A DNA stretch of 62,703 bases, filler included, from Rhabdomonas costata (Eukaryota): assembly GCA_019059605.1 (NCBI GenBank). It is 42 parts of 42 records of this genome, joined end to end, with 100 filler letters (N's around TTAATTAATTAA, not from the genome) between each part and the next. Parts side by side here need not be neighbours in the genome. Positions count along the whole stretch, not along the records: positions 1 to 1,396 come from JAHMHO010017160.1; positions 1,497 to 2,892 come from JAHMHO010017161.1; positions 2,993 to 4,388 come from JAHMHO010017162.1; positions 4,489 to 5,884 come from JAHMHO010017163.1; positions 5,985 to 7,380 come from JAHMHO010017164.1; positions 7,481 to 8,875 come from JAHMHO010017165.1; positions 8,976 to 10,370 come from JAHMHO010017166.1; positions 10,471 to 11,866 come from JAHMHO010017167.1; 34 more parts are not named here. One strand, given 5' to 3'. The position numbers and the translations under genes are program-made. A model generated the notes under the pieces. It saw nothing but the letters and a program-made list of their open reading frames with translations. It was not told where the DNA came from and made no database searches. This document shows, piece after piece, positions 1 to 12,140 of the stretch (position 1 is the first letter of the stretch; each line of letters starts with the position of its first letter).

Positions 1-198
1 GGTGGTGGGGGAAACTGGTCAGGGCTAAGTGAAAAAATTCCCTGCCAATGAAAACAAAAAAGTTCCCCGCCGCTTTTCAGCCTTTTCCTTGTGTTATTCA
101 ACACAATGGAGAGGTTTTCTGGACTCAGCATGGAGACTATCGTGGAGAGATACAAAGATCGCATTGCCCTCCTGGTTGAATTTTACGCTGCCAACTAC

Positions 199-422
199 TG
201 CACCCCATGCCATGGCATCAAATGGAGCAGCGTAGTTCGAGTCAGTGGATCTGGAGGTGTACCAACCACATGTGCAAGGAGCTGAGTTTGTTGAAGGACA
301 ACACCATGTTCCCCGAGGTCAGGTTAGTTTTATTGCACAGGGTTAGTTCGAATTAGCATTCTTTCTGCTGCGCTACCCATGTTGTGGAAAAAACCATCGA
401 CTGGCTCGAGCATTGTCCTGAG
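199..422 (+). mobile_element. Degenerate Merlin/IS1595-like transposase N-terminus (Zn ribbon plus HTH remnant)
   Basis: CTPC, then a frameshift, then QMEQRSSSQWIWRCTNHMCKELSLLKDNTMFPE, an in-frame TAG at 354-356, then VEKTIDWLEHCPE. Matches the CxxC..M..WRC..C..S..TxF and KTxxDW...CRE pattern of Merlin transposases. Confidence 0.4.
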
Positions 423-605
423 TTTCCTGTGACATTATTCGTCACCTTTCCGGAGAGCGGCGGGGAATCTTTTCACCGGCGGGGAATTTTTTACTTACTG
501 GTATATTTGGCGGAACAACCATCCACGACGAAGACCTGGACCTGGGGTTCGTTGGGGTCTTCTATTTATACAGCAGACCTTCCGCACAGCAAGGCGGCCG
601 GTCCT

Positions 606-629
606 TGGTTGGTTGGTTGGTTGGTTGGT
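606..629. repeat. (TGGT)n microsatellite
   Basis: tggttggttggttggttggttggt. Confidence 0.85.
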
Positions 630-803
630 GTCATTGGTTGCCATCTCCATTTGTTTTCGACTTCACCTCGCCATCTACACGACGGTCTTGTGCTGCAAAA
701 GTCGTCCACTATTCAAAAAGGCGTGCCAGTAAAAGAATCAGGAAAAAAATATCAGAGCGAGGAGGGACGTGGCGCTGTGGGTGGTGGGGAATGGTGTTGC
801 CAC

Positions 804-968
804 CCTGTAGCGGCGGAAGCAGGCCGGGCAGCAGTCGAAGTCGCACTGGCGGCACTGGTAGGCTACGGCGTGCGGCACGCGCTCCCCGCACATGTCACAA
901 CGGTGGCGGTGCGCGGCGGCGGTGAAATACAGGGCGTGATAGTGAAGCTCCTTGGAGACCACAAAGCC
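804..968 (-). CDS. Internal exon encoding a ZZ/C1(DC1)-like zinc finger
   Basis: AG|GFVVSKELHYHALYF...CDMCGERVPHAVAYQCRQCDFDCCPACFRRYR|GT; 165 nt; HxHxL..CxxC..YxCxxCDFDxCxxC motif. Confidence 0.75.
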
Positions 969-1396
969 CTCCTAATTCGGGGGGAAACACCGCAGAAGTG
1001 ACGGGGAGAGAACACGACCAGGCAAGAGAAATCAACAACAACCCAAGCAGGCTGGAAGAAAATGCTCCTTACCCGTGGCCAGCGTACAACTGTCCGCCCT
1101 GGGGACCAAGAGCATAATTCGGAGGCAATCTTAATCGGTCGCCTGCACGATGCCTCCGTTTCTGTATCGATGAAGTACATACTTTTGGCATAAAAAACGC
1201 GAGCAAACGCGGACCAGCAGCCAAGCCCCCCAACGCCCCCCGCCTGCTGAAGCCGCAAAGCGACACCCAATTGGAAGGCAGGTATCTGGAAAAAACTTCA
1301 CTGGCGGAGATCTGAGCCAAACAAACAAACCACCGTATGTTCCAATACAAAAAAACGTCCACCCCCATTTATTAAGAAAGCGTACGAAACCAACAC

Positions 1397-1496
1397 NNNN
1401 NNNNNNNNNNNNNNNNNNNNNNNNNNNNNNNNNNNNNNNNTTAATTAATTAANNNNNNNNNNNNNNNNNNNNNNNNNNNNNNNNNNNNNNNNNNNN
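1397..1496. other. Artificial contig spacer N44-TTAATTAATTAA-N44 (first of 41 copies, recurring about every 1,495 bp up to 61210-61309)
   Basis: Identical 100-nt unit with stop codons in all six frames; TTAATTAATTAA at 1441, 2937, 4433 ... 59759, 61254. Confidence 0.99.
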
Positions 1497-2506
1497 GGGT
1501 TTGTGCAACCTAGAGCTTCCACAAGGCTTTTGACGAAGCCAAACCAATGCATACTTGATTCCTTTGTATAAATTGCAGCGGGAACCTCACCGCACAATTA
1601 CTCGCAGCGTTGGGAATCCCCTGGCTAACCTCGACCAGCTCGAGACTTGCTTAATAGGGACCACCCAAAACTCAACATCAGAATGCTGGACATATGGCTT
1701 CACGATAACTACGGGCAAAAAGTAAGCATCCCCCGAATCCACGGTAACACTAAGGAATGACATGTGTCGTACAGGTCGTCGTGAATGTCGTACAGGCTGC
1801 AGCGTGCCGAATGCGCTGGTAGGTGAGTCACGGCCTCCCGGAAGGAGGAGGTGTGTTCCTCACCCATCATCAACTTCGTTCAACCCAAAATTCAAGGGGC
1901 AGGTCATCCCCCCTCCTCACGAGAGGGGGGGTGAATAGCCGGAGTAGAGGGGTGTGATAGCCGGAGAATCGCCAGTTCGCTTCGTATTCCAGTAAAAACG
2001 ATGATCGTCAATCCAGGGCCACAGATGGAAAAGGTCTCTCTGGCAGTGAAGGCGATGATCTTCTCTTGGAGTCCAGGGTTCAGATGGAGAAGGTCTGCGT
2101 GTATGGTATCCATGACAGCAAGCAGCACCGGAAATCAGGCACTTTCTCGGCGCAATGTCCAACCATTCCCTCTCGCTCTCTCTTGGGCGCGTAGCACGCT
2201 GACTGTTGCCTGATTGACTGTTGGTGACCACTGTGGATTGACGGGCGCACGCGATGTTGGCCTAAAGGGTGCTCGCGAGAGGAGGAGCGCTGGAGCGAAG
2301 GCTGCCGTGAAGTACGAACTAACCGCCACCACCTTCCACAAGAGTGCGTTTCTCTCTCCGTGTGGATGCGGAATGCTTTCACGCGCAGTGCACAAGAGGA
2401 CTACTAATAACTGGGCACCGCGCGCGTCGAAAAACAAATGCGCGCACGTGGTAAGTGGCACCCCAAACTATGCCCTCACCCCCTTCCTCACCCCAAAATT
2501 ATTGAT

Positions 2507-2762
2507 TTAACTGGGGTGCATGCACACCCAGCAGGGCCTGCTCCGTCTCCAGCTCGTACATCTCCGCGAAGGAAGGGATCGCCGTGCCCAGCTCCAGCAG
2601 CCCGTCCCGGGTGACATTGTACAGGGCCCGCAGAGCCACGGCGCAGCTAACGCTGCCCCGCACCCGCGGCGGGGTCCTCCCCTCCGCCGATGTCGAGGAG
2701 GTAGTCGTGGAGGAGGGCCCTCCCCGCACGATCCCGTCACGGCCGTCCGCCAGCGGGGGCAA
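2507..2762 (-). CDS. Probable terminal exon of an unknown protein
   Basis: GC-rich coding-like frame (..LRALYNVTRDGLLELGTAIPSFAEMYELETEQALLG..); boundaries approximate. Confidence 0.35.
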
Positions 2763-3172
2763 GGCCTGCAGCAGAGTGCCCTGCGACAGCGAGAGGAGGA
2801 GTGTTTAGAGTATCATCGCAACAGGGAGCTGAAGGAGAGAATGTCAGCTCCAACGCCAACTTGCTGCACTGACAGTGAACAGGAACACAACCNNNNNNNN
2901 NNNNNNNNNNNNNNNNNNNNNNNNNNNNNNNNNNNNTTAATTAATTAANNNNNNNNNNNNNNNNNNNNNNNNNNNNNNNNNNNNNNNNNNNNTGTTGGTG
3001 TGTTTGGGGGTGTGGGTGAACAGCGGAGGGGGGGTGGTGTTGAGCCCATGAGCCTTTCTTGCGCGGATGGCGTTTAAGCATTTCTATTCAAAGAACCTGT
3101 TGTGCAATCATCTGCAATGCAGCGAGTTTGGATGCATCGTATTTTGGTGGTCATGCTGTTTTGTGGATGCAG

Positions 3173-4127
3173 GGGACTCCTGAGCAGAAGCAGGCTCTCG
3201 GCCAGGTCCATTTCGACTTCGAGAGCACCACTGGAGAGCTTTTGGTTAAGGTCTGTCCTCGCTTCTCCTCGGCGACGTGCGTTGCCCTTTTTTATGCTCG
3301 TCAATGTGATAATGTGTGTTGACAACAAATTTCAGCTTGCCGGTTACTTACCACGTCATATTCTCACAACCACCGAACCGGTCTGGCAAGTTTCCATAGA
3401 AACTGATGAATGTGTGTGTATGATTTGGAACTGATGAATCTATTTTGGAGGAGAGTGTATTCATATGGTGACGCAGGCTTATCCTCCTTGTGCAACCTTT
3501 TCAAAGCGTGGCTTTCGTATGACTTCGTGCGACATGCCTCATTCACCTGGAACCTGAGGAGAGGAAGCGCCAATTGCCCAATCAACCTTCCCATTGGCGT
3601 GACGGCTTTCTATGAAAAAAAAACACGATGCGGAGAAGCCATGCACTTTCGAAACCCTAGCCAAGTAACTCTAACAAACAGCAAAATTGAGAATCTCGTT
3701 TGTGACGTGAAACTTTTTGCCTCATAGCTATGGCGGTGGGTCTTCGCGTCATGCAGAGTGCTGTGTTGAAAACTCCCAGTTTACGATGCAGCTTGGTGTG
3801 GTTAATGTTTTTGGTCTTCTTCTGGACACGGAGTGCTTCGGATTGGTCACCCGAGATACCGACCAGTTAGGAATTCAGTGTGCCCTGTTCTGTGTGCAGA
3901 CCGACGAGGAGATGGCCGCCTACCTGCTCTCAGTCGAGCACCTGCCGTGCGCCCCAGGAATGGCCTCCCTTCTCCCGACTGCATCTGGGGTGTCGGCCGC
4001 GGGGGGCTTCTTCCCCACCATGGGCTCCTTCGTCGCACACTCCCTGGCCGCGGCGGGGGGCGGGGGCGGAATGATGCCCGGGGTGCCCCAGACCGCGAGT
4101 CTCATGGGCTCTGACCCTTCGCAGCTG
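3173..4127 (+). CDS. Two exons (3173-3250, 3900-4127) of an unknown protein with a Gly/Ala/Met-rich region
   Basis: Both exons are AG/GT bounded, phase 0, and splice in frame: GTPEQKQALGQVHFDFESTTGELLVK|TDEEMAAYLL... Confidence 0.65.
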
Positions 4128-5030
4128 GTGCCCCCCATTGTTTCACTAATGTTTCCCCTTTCTGATTGTCACTTCGTCACAAATATCCCCAGCTTAAAGC
4201 CGGTTTATCACCCAAATACCCTTTACACCAACGCTGCAACCTTCAGCTCCTAATCGTCAGCCGCTGATCATGAGCTGCTGAGCTTATATTGCACCTGAAA
4301 GCAACCGAAAGATCGCATCAAAGAGCGGAAGCCAAGTTGTTTTTTACCAGAGGATTTGCTCAAGACAAATGCTCTGGTAAAAAACACCNNNNNNNNNNNN
4401 NNNNNNNNNNNNNNNNNNNNNNNNNNNNNNNNTTAATTAATTAANNNNNNNNNNNNNNNNNNNNNNNNNNNNNNNNNNNNNNNNNNNNGTGTTTTTGGTG
4501 ATGTGAAATGGAAATTTGGCTTGAAATGCACTTTTTTGTTTCTGTTTATGTTTCTGCACTTTTTCCACCTTTTTTATGCACTTTTTTTTTTCGCATTTGT
4601 GGTCTCGCCAATTTGCAATTTTTTCCCAGCCTCCCCGCCCCAAATTTCAATCGGCCGCTCTATACCAAGTCAGTTGAGAAATCTTCCTTCAACCGAAATG
4701 TTTGCTGCTGTTATATCCAGTTTTGGCTTCTGTCTTTTTTTCCTCAATGGAAGAGGATGCGACACTACTTTTTGTGTGGGGGCAACGGGCTACGATTTTC
4801 GAGGACGACGCCCTTGCCAAACACCTCGACGTATGCTATATGCTGGTCCTTTGCACTCTTCACGCGTTTGTTTGCTCACTTTTAGATTGAAATATTGCTG
4901 CTTGAAGAGCTAAATTCGTGGCGGAAACAGGCTGCAGTCTGTACACAAAGGCTAGAGTTACCGAACGCCACCTAACCCTGCAAAGAACCAAAGAAATGAA
5001 CCAAAGGAAACAAGAGAACGAGGAGGCGGC

Positions 5031-5580
5031 CTCTTCCTCCACGGCATCACATTCACGGAGGCTGGCCTGGAAATGTCATTTTAGCGTTTTCCACTCTTCA
5101 CAAATGCGCATATCAACGCTCCTTGATCTTAGCCTTCCGCCAACCAGCCACCCCTGGATTCCCAAGACAGTGTGTTGCGTGCGGCCGGAAAACCCTCGCT
5201 CCCACAAAGGGTGGTCAACAATAGGGGAGGATACCTTCAAAGAGACCAGGTGGGTCGAAATCTCCTCAAAGCACTGCAAAACCCCAGAAAAAAAACGAGA
5301 AAGAGAGAGTTGGAAACGATTCGCGAGACAGAAAGTCTAATATCATGACAAGCCCTCACTCCAAAAGCTTGCCGTTCACCGAGTACCCAAGGACAGGTGC
5401 TAACTTCTTCGAAGCTACCACCCTCCAAAGGTTTGCAAAAAGCTTAATGTCAACAACAGGTGAAAGGGGCCATTCCTTGAGGGAAGTCTCCGTGGCCACG
5501 GCCTTCTCTGCGCTGGCCTGCTTCTCACTTTCGTAGCGGAACTGCGTGTCCTCCAGCTTCTGGGCCAGCAGGTCATACTC
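5031..5580 (-). CDS. Three exons (5476-5580, 5235-5273, ~5031-5066) of a coiled-coil protein
   Basis: EYDLLAQKLEDTQFRYESEKQASAEKAVATETSLK|CFEEISTHLVSLK|ASLRECDAVEEE; YAG acceptors in phase 0; first donor non-canonical or shifted. Confidence 0.6.
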
Positions 5581-7842
5581 CTGCGCGGTGCATTTATTAA
5601 GCACAGCAAAGGAGCGTGTGCATCTGTGTTATGTGAGGTGCAGAGAAAAGAAAGCAGAAAAAATGCTAAGCACAGAAGCTTAGCGCGCGGACAAGAAAGC
5701 GATATACAAAAAGGGAAAAATAAATAACACGGGGAACGATACAACGTGACAACACGCAAGGGAGGAGACCAAATGACGAGCGAAGGGCTATGCGTGTACG
5801 TGAGTAGATGTGCAAAGAAAGGTCTCGAGCTGACTACTTTATCGCTATGCAGCCAAGCAACCATTTCTAAATTTTTTTTGCCATNNNNNNNNNNNNNNNN
5901 NNNNNNNNNNNNNNNNNNNNNNNNNNNNTTAATTAATTAANNNNNNNNNNNNNNNNNNNNNNNNNNNNNNNNNNNNNNNNNNNNGGGGGTGTTTCCTTGT
6001 TCAGTCAGGGAGAAAACCAGTTTCCGAAGGAAACCATTTACCAGTTAGCATACTGCTCCTGTGTGTATCCCTGTGTGTGCCCCCACCCCCTGATCTGACA
6101 ACGTGCAAAAAGCTCAAACAAGGAATAGGTAGCTGCTGCAACGACTCAACTGAACTGCAGAAAAGGAGGCATCGTGCATTGGCGAACTCGGAGAGTGTGC
6201 TAACAAAGAACAAGAGCAGGGGAACCTGGTGTTCCAAAAACAGCCTGGGTGACTCGTGCAGGCCGTGCATCTGGCGATCTGAGCGTTCAAGAGAAAGAAG
6301 AGCAATAACCTTGGGACGATGAGACCAGGAAAAACAGGAACCCCGCGAGGGATGCACTATTGATACACTAAAGAGTCAAGCAACGAATGTACCGAGGAGG
6401 ACGCAAAGGCACGTCCACTGAATGCGTATCCAACTAAAAACCATCAGCGACTTTGAGACTTATGCTTGTTTGTCAGTGGCGGAGGTAAATGAGTGGCTTA
6501 CCCGGTTAAAGGACAGTTGAATAACTCCCGACGGGACTGAGCCTCCGGGGGACCACGTGGGAACCAGAATCCACGCTTCAGGAAACCACTTATTTTTGGG
6601 AAAATATCATTGACCATGGTCATAAAAAACAAAACAAACGTTTCCCGTACCACCCGACATTCAGCGCACACCGCTGAGGGCCGTCCACTAAAAACGTGGT
6701 CTTCAGCCCGGCCATATGGCATCCCAGCTTACGAAACAGCCCATGGGACTGCAGCACAATCTCGCGAGTCGGGCACAGGACAAGCACCTGAATCGAGCAT
6801 AGGATGAGGACGAAGGGGAGCCTCCGAGAACAGGATGGGGTGCGCGTTGCTGCCTAACCATTGCATCTCAGCGCCATGGCCCGTTTGTAGTCGGGGGATG
6901 GCATTCACCAATCACAACAAACATAGGTATCACAGCAGGTTACACAGCCATGTAATATAATGCTCTGGTTTGCTTCTGTTCTGTTGGCTCTGTTGGTTCA
7001 CTTTCTTCCCTTTCAGAATATAGAGACTACCTTATGTCGCGGGAGGTTCCAGTGCGGCCTCGACCAGAGCAGCACCTCTCTTTCTTCCAGCTCCCGGCTC
7101 AGTCCTGATGACAAAGTTTGGGTGCGGCGGAGGCCAGTCCGCGGCTCGGCCGGGTGGGTTGGGACGTTCCATGGGGTGGGCGATAATCCGTTTTGGCGGT
7201 GCCAAACGTCCGAATCAGACACATTTTGGCATGTTATTTTTTTAGGAAACGGGGGTTAGGTAAACTGTGTCAGCTACCTCTAAATATATTCATTTGGCAG
7301 CGGTCTACTTGACCGGCCAAGGAATTCAAGCATTTTTTTCATGTGGGGTTAGGACGCCATGCGGAGCCCCCCCCCCCACANNNNNNNNNNNNNNNNNNNN
7401 NNNNNNNNNNNNNNNNNNNNNNNNTTAATTAATTAANNNNNNNNNNNNNNNNNNNNNNNNNNNNNNNNNNNNNNNNNNNNTGTGGTGGGTGTGGTTGGGG
7501 TTTGTGGTTGGGTTGGCACACAAATGCCGGGGGGCAGCCTCAGAACGGCCCATGGCGGGTAAAAAGCCTTGCGACTGAGCTTCCCGCTTCCCCATAAAAA
7601 AGGATGATGCGCGCTGTCAGGCTGGTTCGTGTGTGTATGGTCAACCTTCCGACAGGACAGAGAAGTAAACAGAGTGTGTAACCCACTCTTCCAGATCAAA
7701 ACAATCAAAACATTCTGCTCAGAATCATTAGTCTGATTAAAAGAAAGAAAGAAAGAAAGGTAAAAACCAATTCACGGACTCCATCATCCATCTCTCCCTC
7801 TCTTCCCTGTACCCTTTCTGCCTTTTCTTCACTCCTCCCTAC

Positions 7843-8830
7843 CTCGTCGATGCCATAGGGGTCGCCCTCATCGCCGTAGTCACAGTCCTCAGCTTCCCAG
7901 CGCTGCGCTTGCCTCAGGACCGCCATCTCTCGCTGCAGCTGCAGTTGGGCTGCGGCAAAGGCAGCCACGGCCAGAACGGCCGCGGTCGCCGCGGGCAGGG
8001 CCACCGCGGCATGGAGGCGGGCGTGTATCACCGAGTGAAAACGCTTCGCCGGGATGCGCTGCGAGAAGAACAGCTCTTGAACCTGAAGGACATTTCCACC
8101 CACCGCCCACAAAAACAGCTCAGGGAGCCACAGGCACGGGCGCTTGGAGAAGAAATGAGTAACAACCTGAACGGAGGATATGCGATGGAGAGAATGTGAA
8201 AGACTGTGTGTGGTGGGCGTTACATGTTGTGTTTAGTATCCGAATAAGACCAAACAAATGGATATAATCCCTGCTGGTACCTGTGGTTTGGGCTGGTGTC
8301 GGACGATGGTTGTTCGTGTGAGATCTACCGCACACTGCCACACCGGGCCAAAGCACTAGAGCAGATCGCTGGACTGCTTGGAACACACACCAAATGTTTT
8401 TGCTGACTAAAAAGTAAGGGGGGGGGGTGAGTGGGTGGAGGACAACTGAAGTTTCGCACGTTCTCCTTCATTTCCACCACGGTGACACCTTTTCCTCCAC
8501 CCTCGACTTACTGCAAACGTACTCAGCCCCGACACTGTGCTGTACCACGACCGGGTCACTAGTCATGTGAAGAATTTTGTGACTTTCACGTGCGAAACGA
8601 AAGTTTGCGCGCAAGCAAATAATAAAGGACGCCTCCCCTCATCACACGCATCACACACAAGGTTGCTATCCCCAACCCCTTGGGAATTCCTTCCGTCCCA
8701 CTTGTCGGGTGAGGCTGGAATGTTTCACACAGACCTCCTCGGAGACCCACAGGCTGCGCAACACCATCTCCAGCGCCACGGGATGCTCCACAGGGGCGCA
8801 CCGGTGGGCGTCCCCGAGGACAGCTGTCAG
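7843..8830 (-). CDS. Two exons (8735-8830, 7843-8058) of an unknown protein
   Basis: AG/GT bounded phase-0 exons: LTAVLGDAHRCAPVEHPVALEMVLRSLWVSEE|RIPAKRFHSVIHARL...GDPYGIDE. Confidence 0.6.
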
Positions 8831-10764
8831 CTGCTCAGACAGAGCCAGTGGTGTTTCCGCACCGTCGGCCTATTTNNNNNNNNNNNNNNNNNNNNNNNNN
8901 NNNNNNNNNNNNNNNNNNNTTAATTAATTAANNNNNNNNNNNNNNNNNNNNNNNNNNNNNNNNNNNNNNNNNNNNGTTGTTGGTGTGGTTAAGTGCTCTT
9001 GCGCCTGTGTGTACTCCTCAGGCCCAGCCTGAGGAATTGTAGCCGAGCTGTCGCGGAACTGCTGGCGGAGCTCGACAGAGAAAGTGGCCAGGAGCCGGGT
9101 AACCGGACTTCTATGACACTTCCACTTCGCCGAATTGTGCCCCTGTCTGGTGGCGCAGCGAAGTACTACTTTTCTGTCCACCCCGCTTCTCACTTGCCTT
9201 TTGGGGATTTGCAGGACGTGCCAGATTTTGGTACTGCCCCTCAGAAAATGAAGTATCTTTGACCATCGGCCATCGGCTATCGGCTATCGGTGCGACGGTC
9301 GGTTGAGGAAGTTTTGAGAACGGTGGCGCACACTTGCTTTTCCCATGGAAGAGACCCATCGGATGCCACCAGTGAAGTGTTAAGCCTTCGTTGTGAATTG
9401 TAGCCGTCTCCGCGCAGGATCTTCTCAATAGTACTCTCATTAGGGTAGAAAAACTGACGTAGGCAGACGTTATCTTAATACTACGTGACACCGAAAGCAC
9501 ACTGTTGTTCTCGTTTCTTTCCTTATTTATGACTCGTTTGTGATACGTTGTTGTGAGGTCCGCACGTGATTTGCATCTATCCAACCGATCGATGTCAACA
9601 TTTCTTGGGCCAATACACTTTGCCCAGTCAGCTGTGTACATGCTTTGTTTAAATGCATGTATGTCTGTGTCTGTTTTTTTTTGGCAGATCTATGGAGTGG
9701 AAGCTGAAAAACGACGCCCAGAGGCTCCGTCCGCCTTCTGCTAACACTGAAGAGGCCAGAGCTGTGCTCACTGCCCCTGGCGGTTCTCCGGCAAAGGGCC
9801 CGCAGACCTCTCCTGTGCTCTGTGGATCCGTATGCCCCAGCCTTTCTTCTGCCTTCATCTGGTCCAATCCTCCTCCTTTGCTCCGAGAAATGTTTAAAAC
9901 TTCTTCGAAAGCTGGAAAAGACCTTTCGGAAACTCTAAAATTCGCACCAAAAGAGACGGGAATGAACTTGTGTCTCATTACTCGGGTTTGTTGGGCTTAG
10001 TTTTATGGTACTTTCGAAACACGGCTGGAACTGTGGTTTTATGCATTCTGAAATAGGGATTTTTGGGGCATTCTGCATGCCAACGTCGCATGTTTCTTTG
10101 CGGAAGGTTGTCTCGCTTTCTATCTGCCTACATTCACGTAGTCTAACTTGCGCTTGATGGGGTTTCCGTCGACATCTGAATGAGTTCATTTTTTTGCTTT
10201 CCTGCGCAAACATAAAGCATGCCGCCGCCTCGAGGTTCCGGCGAAGGCCTCCTCAAGAGCCTGATTCCTGCAGTAGCCCGCAGGCAGCCTTCAGGGCAGG
10301 CAGTCCTCACCCCTCCCCAACCTACTCGGCCGTCTATCCGTACCCCAACCACACCCAAACACACCAACACNNNNNNNNNNNNNNNNNNNNNNNNNNNNNN
10401 NNNNNNNNNNNNNNTTAATTAATTAANNNNNNNNNNNNNNNNNNNNNNNNNNNNNNNNNNNNNNNNNNNNAGATGTGCTTTCTGCTGTTTTGGAGGTAAA
10501 AAATCATCGACAAGATGTTCTGGTGTGTACTTTTGAGGGTGTCTGTAGTACTGGCTGTTAAAAGGGAGGACAGCTGGCTTTGCTGCCAAAATTGCCACAA
10601 GCGTGGTTTCCCAGTTTTCTTTCAGGGTCTTTTCGGATGGAGGCCTTTAGCTGGTGCACGCACAGACCATCCTGCATGCCTGCGTGTTGCGTGTGCCAAG
10701 GAAGCCTTTCGTTGGCAGTGGTTTCTTCACTTTCAGCGCTGTTTTCCGTGCCCTTCCGCCCAGA

Positions 10765-10947
10765 ATGCTGTTTCTTGGCTTCGGTGGCCCGCCCCTTTTT
10801 GGCATGGGCGTGTTTGGGGGCCATCGAGGCTGTGGTGGGTTTCCGCGGGGGGATGGTTTCCCCATGGGTGGCTTCGGCTACGGCGGCTATAGCATGCCCT
10901 ATGGGGGCCGCGGCATGGGCGGCTTCTATGGTCGTCCCTACGGATAA
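10765..10947 (+). CDS. Small Gly/aromatic-rich protein (60 aa) or terminal exon
   Basis: MLFLGFGGPPLFGMGVFGGHRGCGGFPRGDGFPMGGFGYGGYSMPYGGRGMGGFYGRPYG*, directly after a pyrimidine tract and CAG. Confidence 0.55.
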   Translation: MLFLGFGGPPLFGMGVFGGHRGCGGFPRGDGFPMGGFGYGGYSMPYGGRGMGGFYGRPYG

Positions 10948-12140
10948 TGGTGAAGAGCTGCAAAACGGGCCAACCTGCTCTTTGGCGGTGCCAAAGACAC
11001 GTAAAGTGCGAGTATTTCCAGTGATGAGCTTTTAGGTGTTGTTGCTGCGTGGTTTGGGGCATTGTCTTCGTGGTAGTACAACGGTATTCTTGAATATCTT
11101 GCTTTGCCTGCTGATACATTTTTATAGGTTTTTGCTACCGTTTGTGCGGCTGTCCTTTGGTGCCGCTGCACAACTGTGTTTTGCACGGTTCACGAGAGGG
11201 GTTGACTTCATTAGTTCAGCATTCTTTCCCCCTCGGAACCATATCCTCGACTCTGTTATGTGTGAGTGACTGGGCGGGTGGGTGGTGGTTGTCGGACATT
11301 TTCGAGTGTGTTCGGCTGACTTTCTTGATGGACGCCCTGCGTCGTTTTGGAGTGTGGAGTACTCCTTGGACAGTTCGTTCTGTCGTCTTCGTGAATTCCT
11401 CTCGGAAAGAATGTTTTTGCTGATGGGATGATGCAGCTTTGTTGAGACGTTGCTTTCTTCGTGGGAATTCGCGGTGTGTGCGTGTGTGTTTATGTGTATC
11501 AAACCGCGGTTCTAATGCGCCAGTGAGGTTTCCTAAGGACCTCTGCCCAGCAGTAGAGGAGGGGGTGGACGTTTCCCCTCAAGCAGCGCCCGTGGAGGTG
11601 GGAGAATCCATCAGAAGGCCGACTACAGGGGACCTCCAAACGGACTTCTGCCTTGCGCATGCAGCGTGTCTGTGTGCCTCACATCAGGCAGTGCCCGATT
11701 GCGTGTTCGTTCATGCGAGTCCGAATTTCGGCTGCTGGCGGCCTTTCCAGTGCTTGAGCCCCCACTTTTCCTACACGGTGCAGTGTTGGATTTAAGGGTT
11801 GGTGGGAGAAGCGCTGGTAACATGTAAGACCCATGCGATTCAAAGCAGCGAAAACAGTGGTCCCCTNNNNNNNNNNNNNNNNNNNNNNNNNNNNNNNNNN
11901 NNNNNNNNNNTTAATTAATTAANNNNNNNNNNNNNNNNNNNNNNNNNNNNNNNNNNNNNNNNNNNNGTGGTTTTGGGTTCTATGAAAAAACGTAAGGATG
12001 TCATGGTTTCCATTCTTGGAGTGTGTTCACCTGTTCTTCGTCTGGTCCTTGCTTCCATAGAATTTCGTGAGTTGAAGATTTGAGTGCGTTTTGTGGCGAC
12101 TGTTTTTCTTTTCGGGCATCCTGCTTGCCCATACGACCAG

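Noticed and set aside
91-285. Thioredoxin-like LVEFYAANYCTPC motif
   Set aside because: No thioredoxin continuation; downstream motifs fit a transposase Zn ribbon better
1904-2130. Possible integrase Zn-binding (H..H.G..K...WP) remnant
   Set aside because: Needs a frameshift and the similarity is too weak to call
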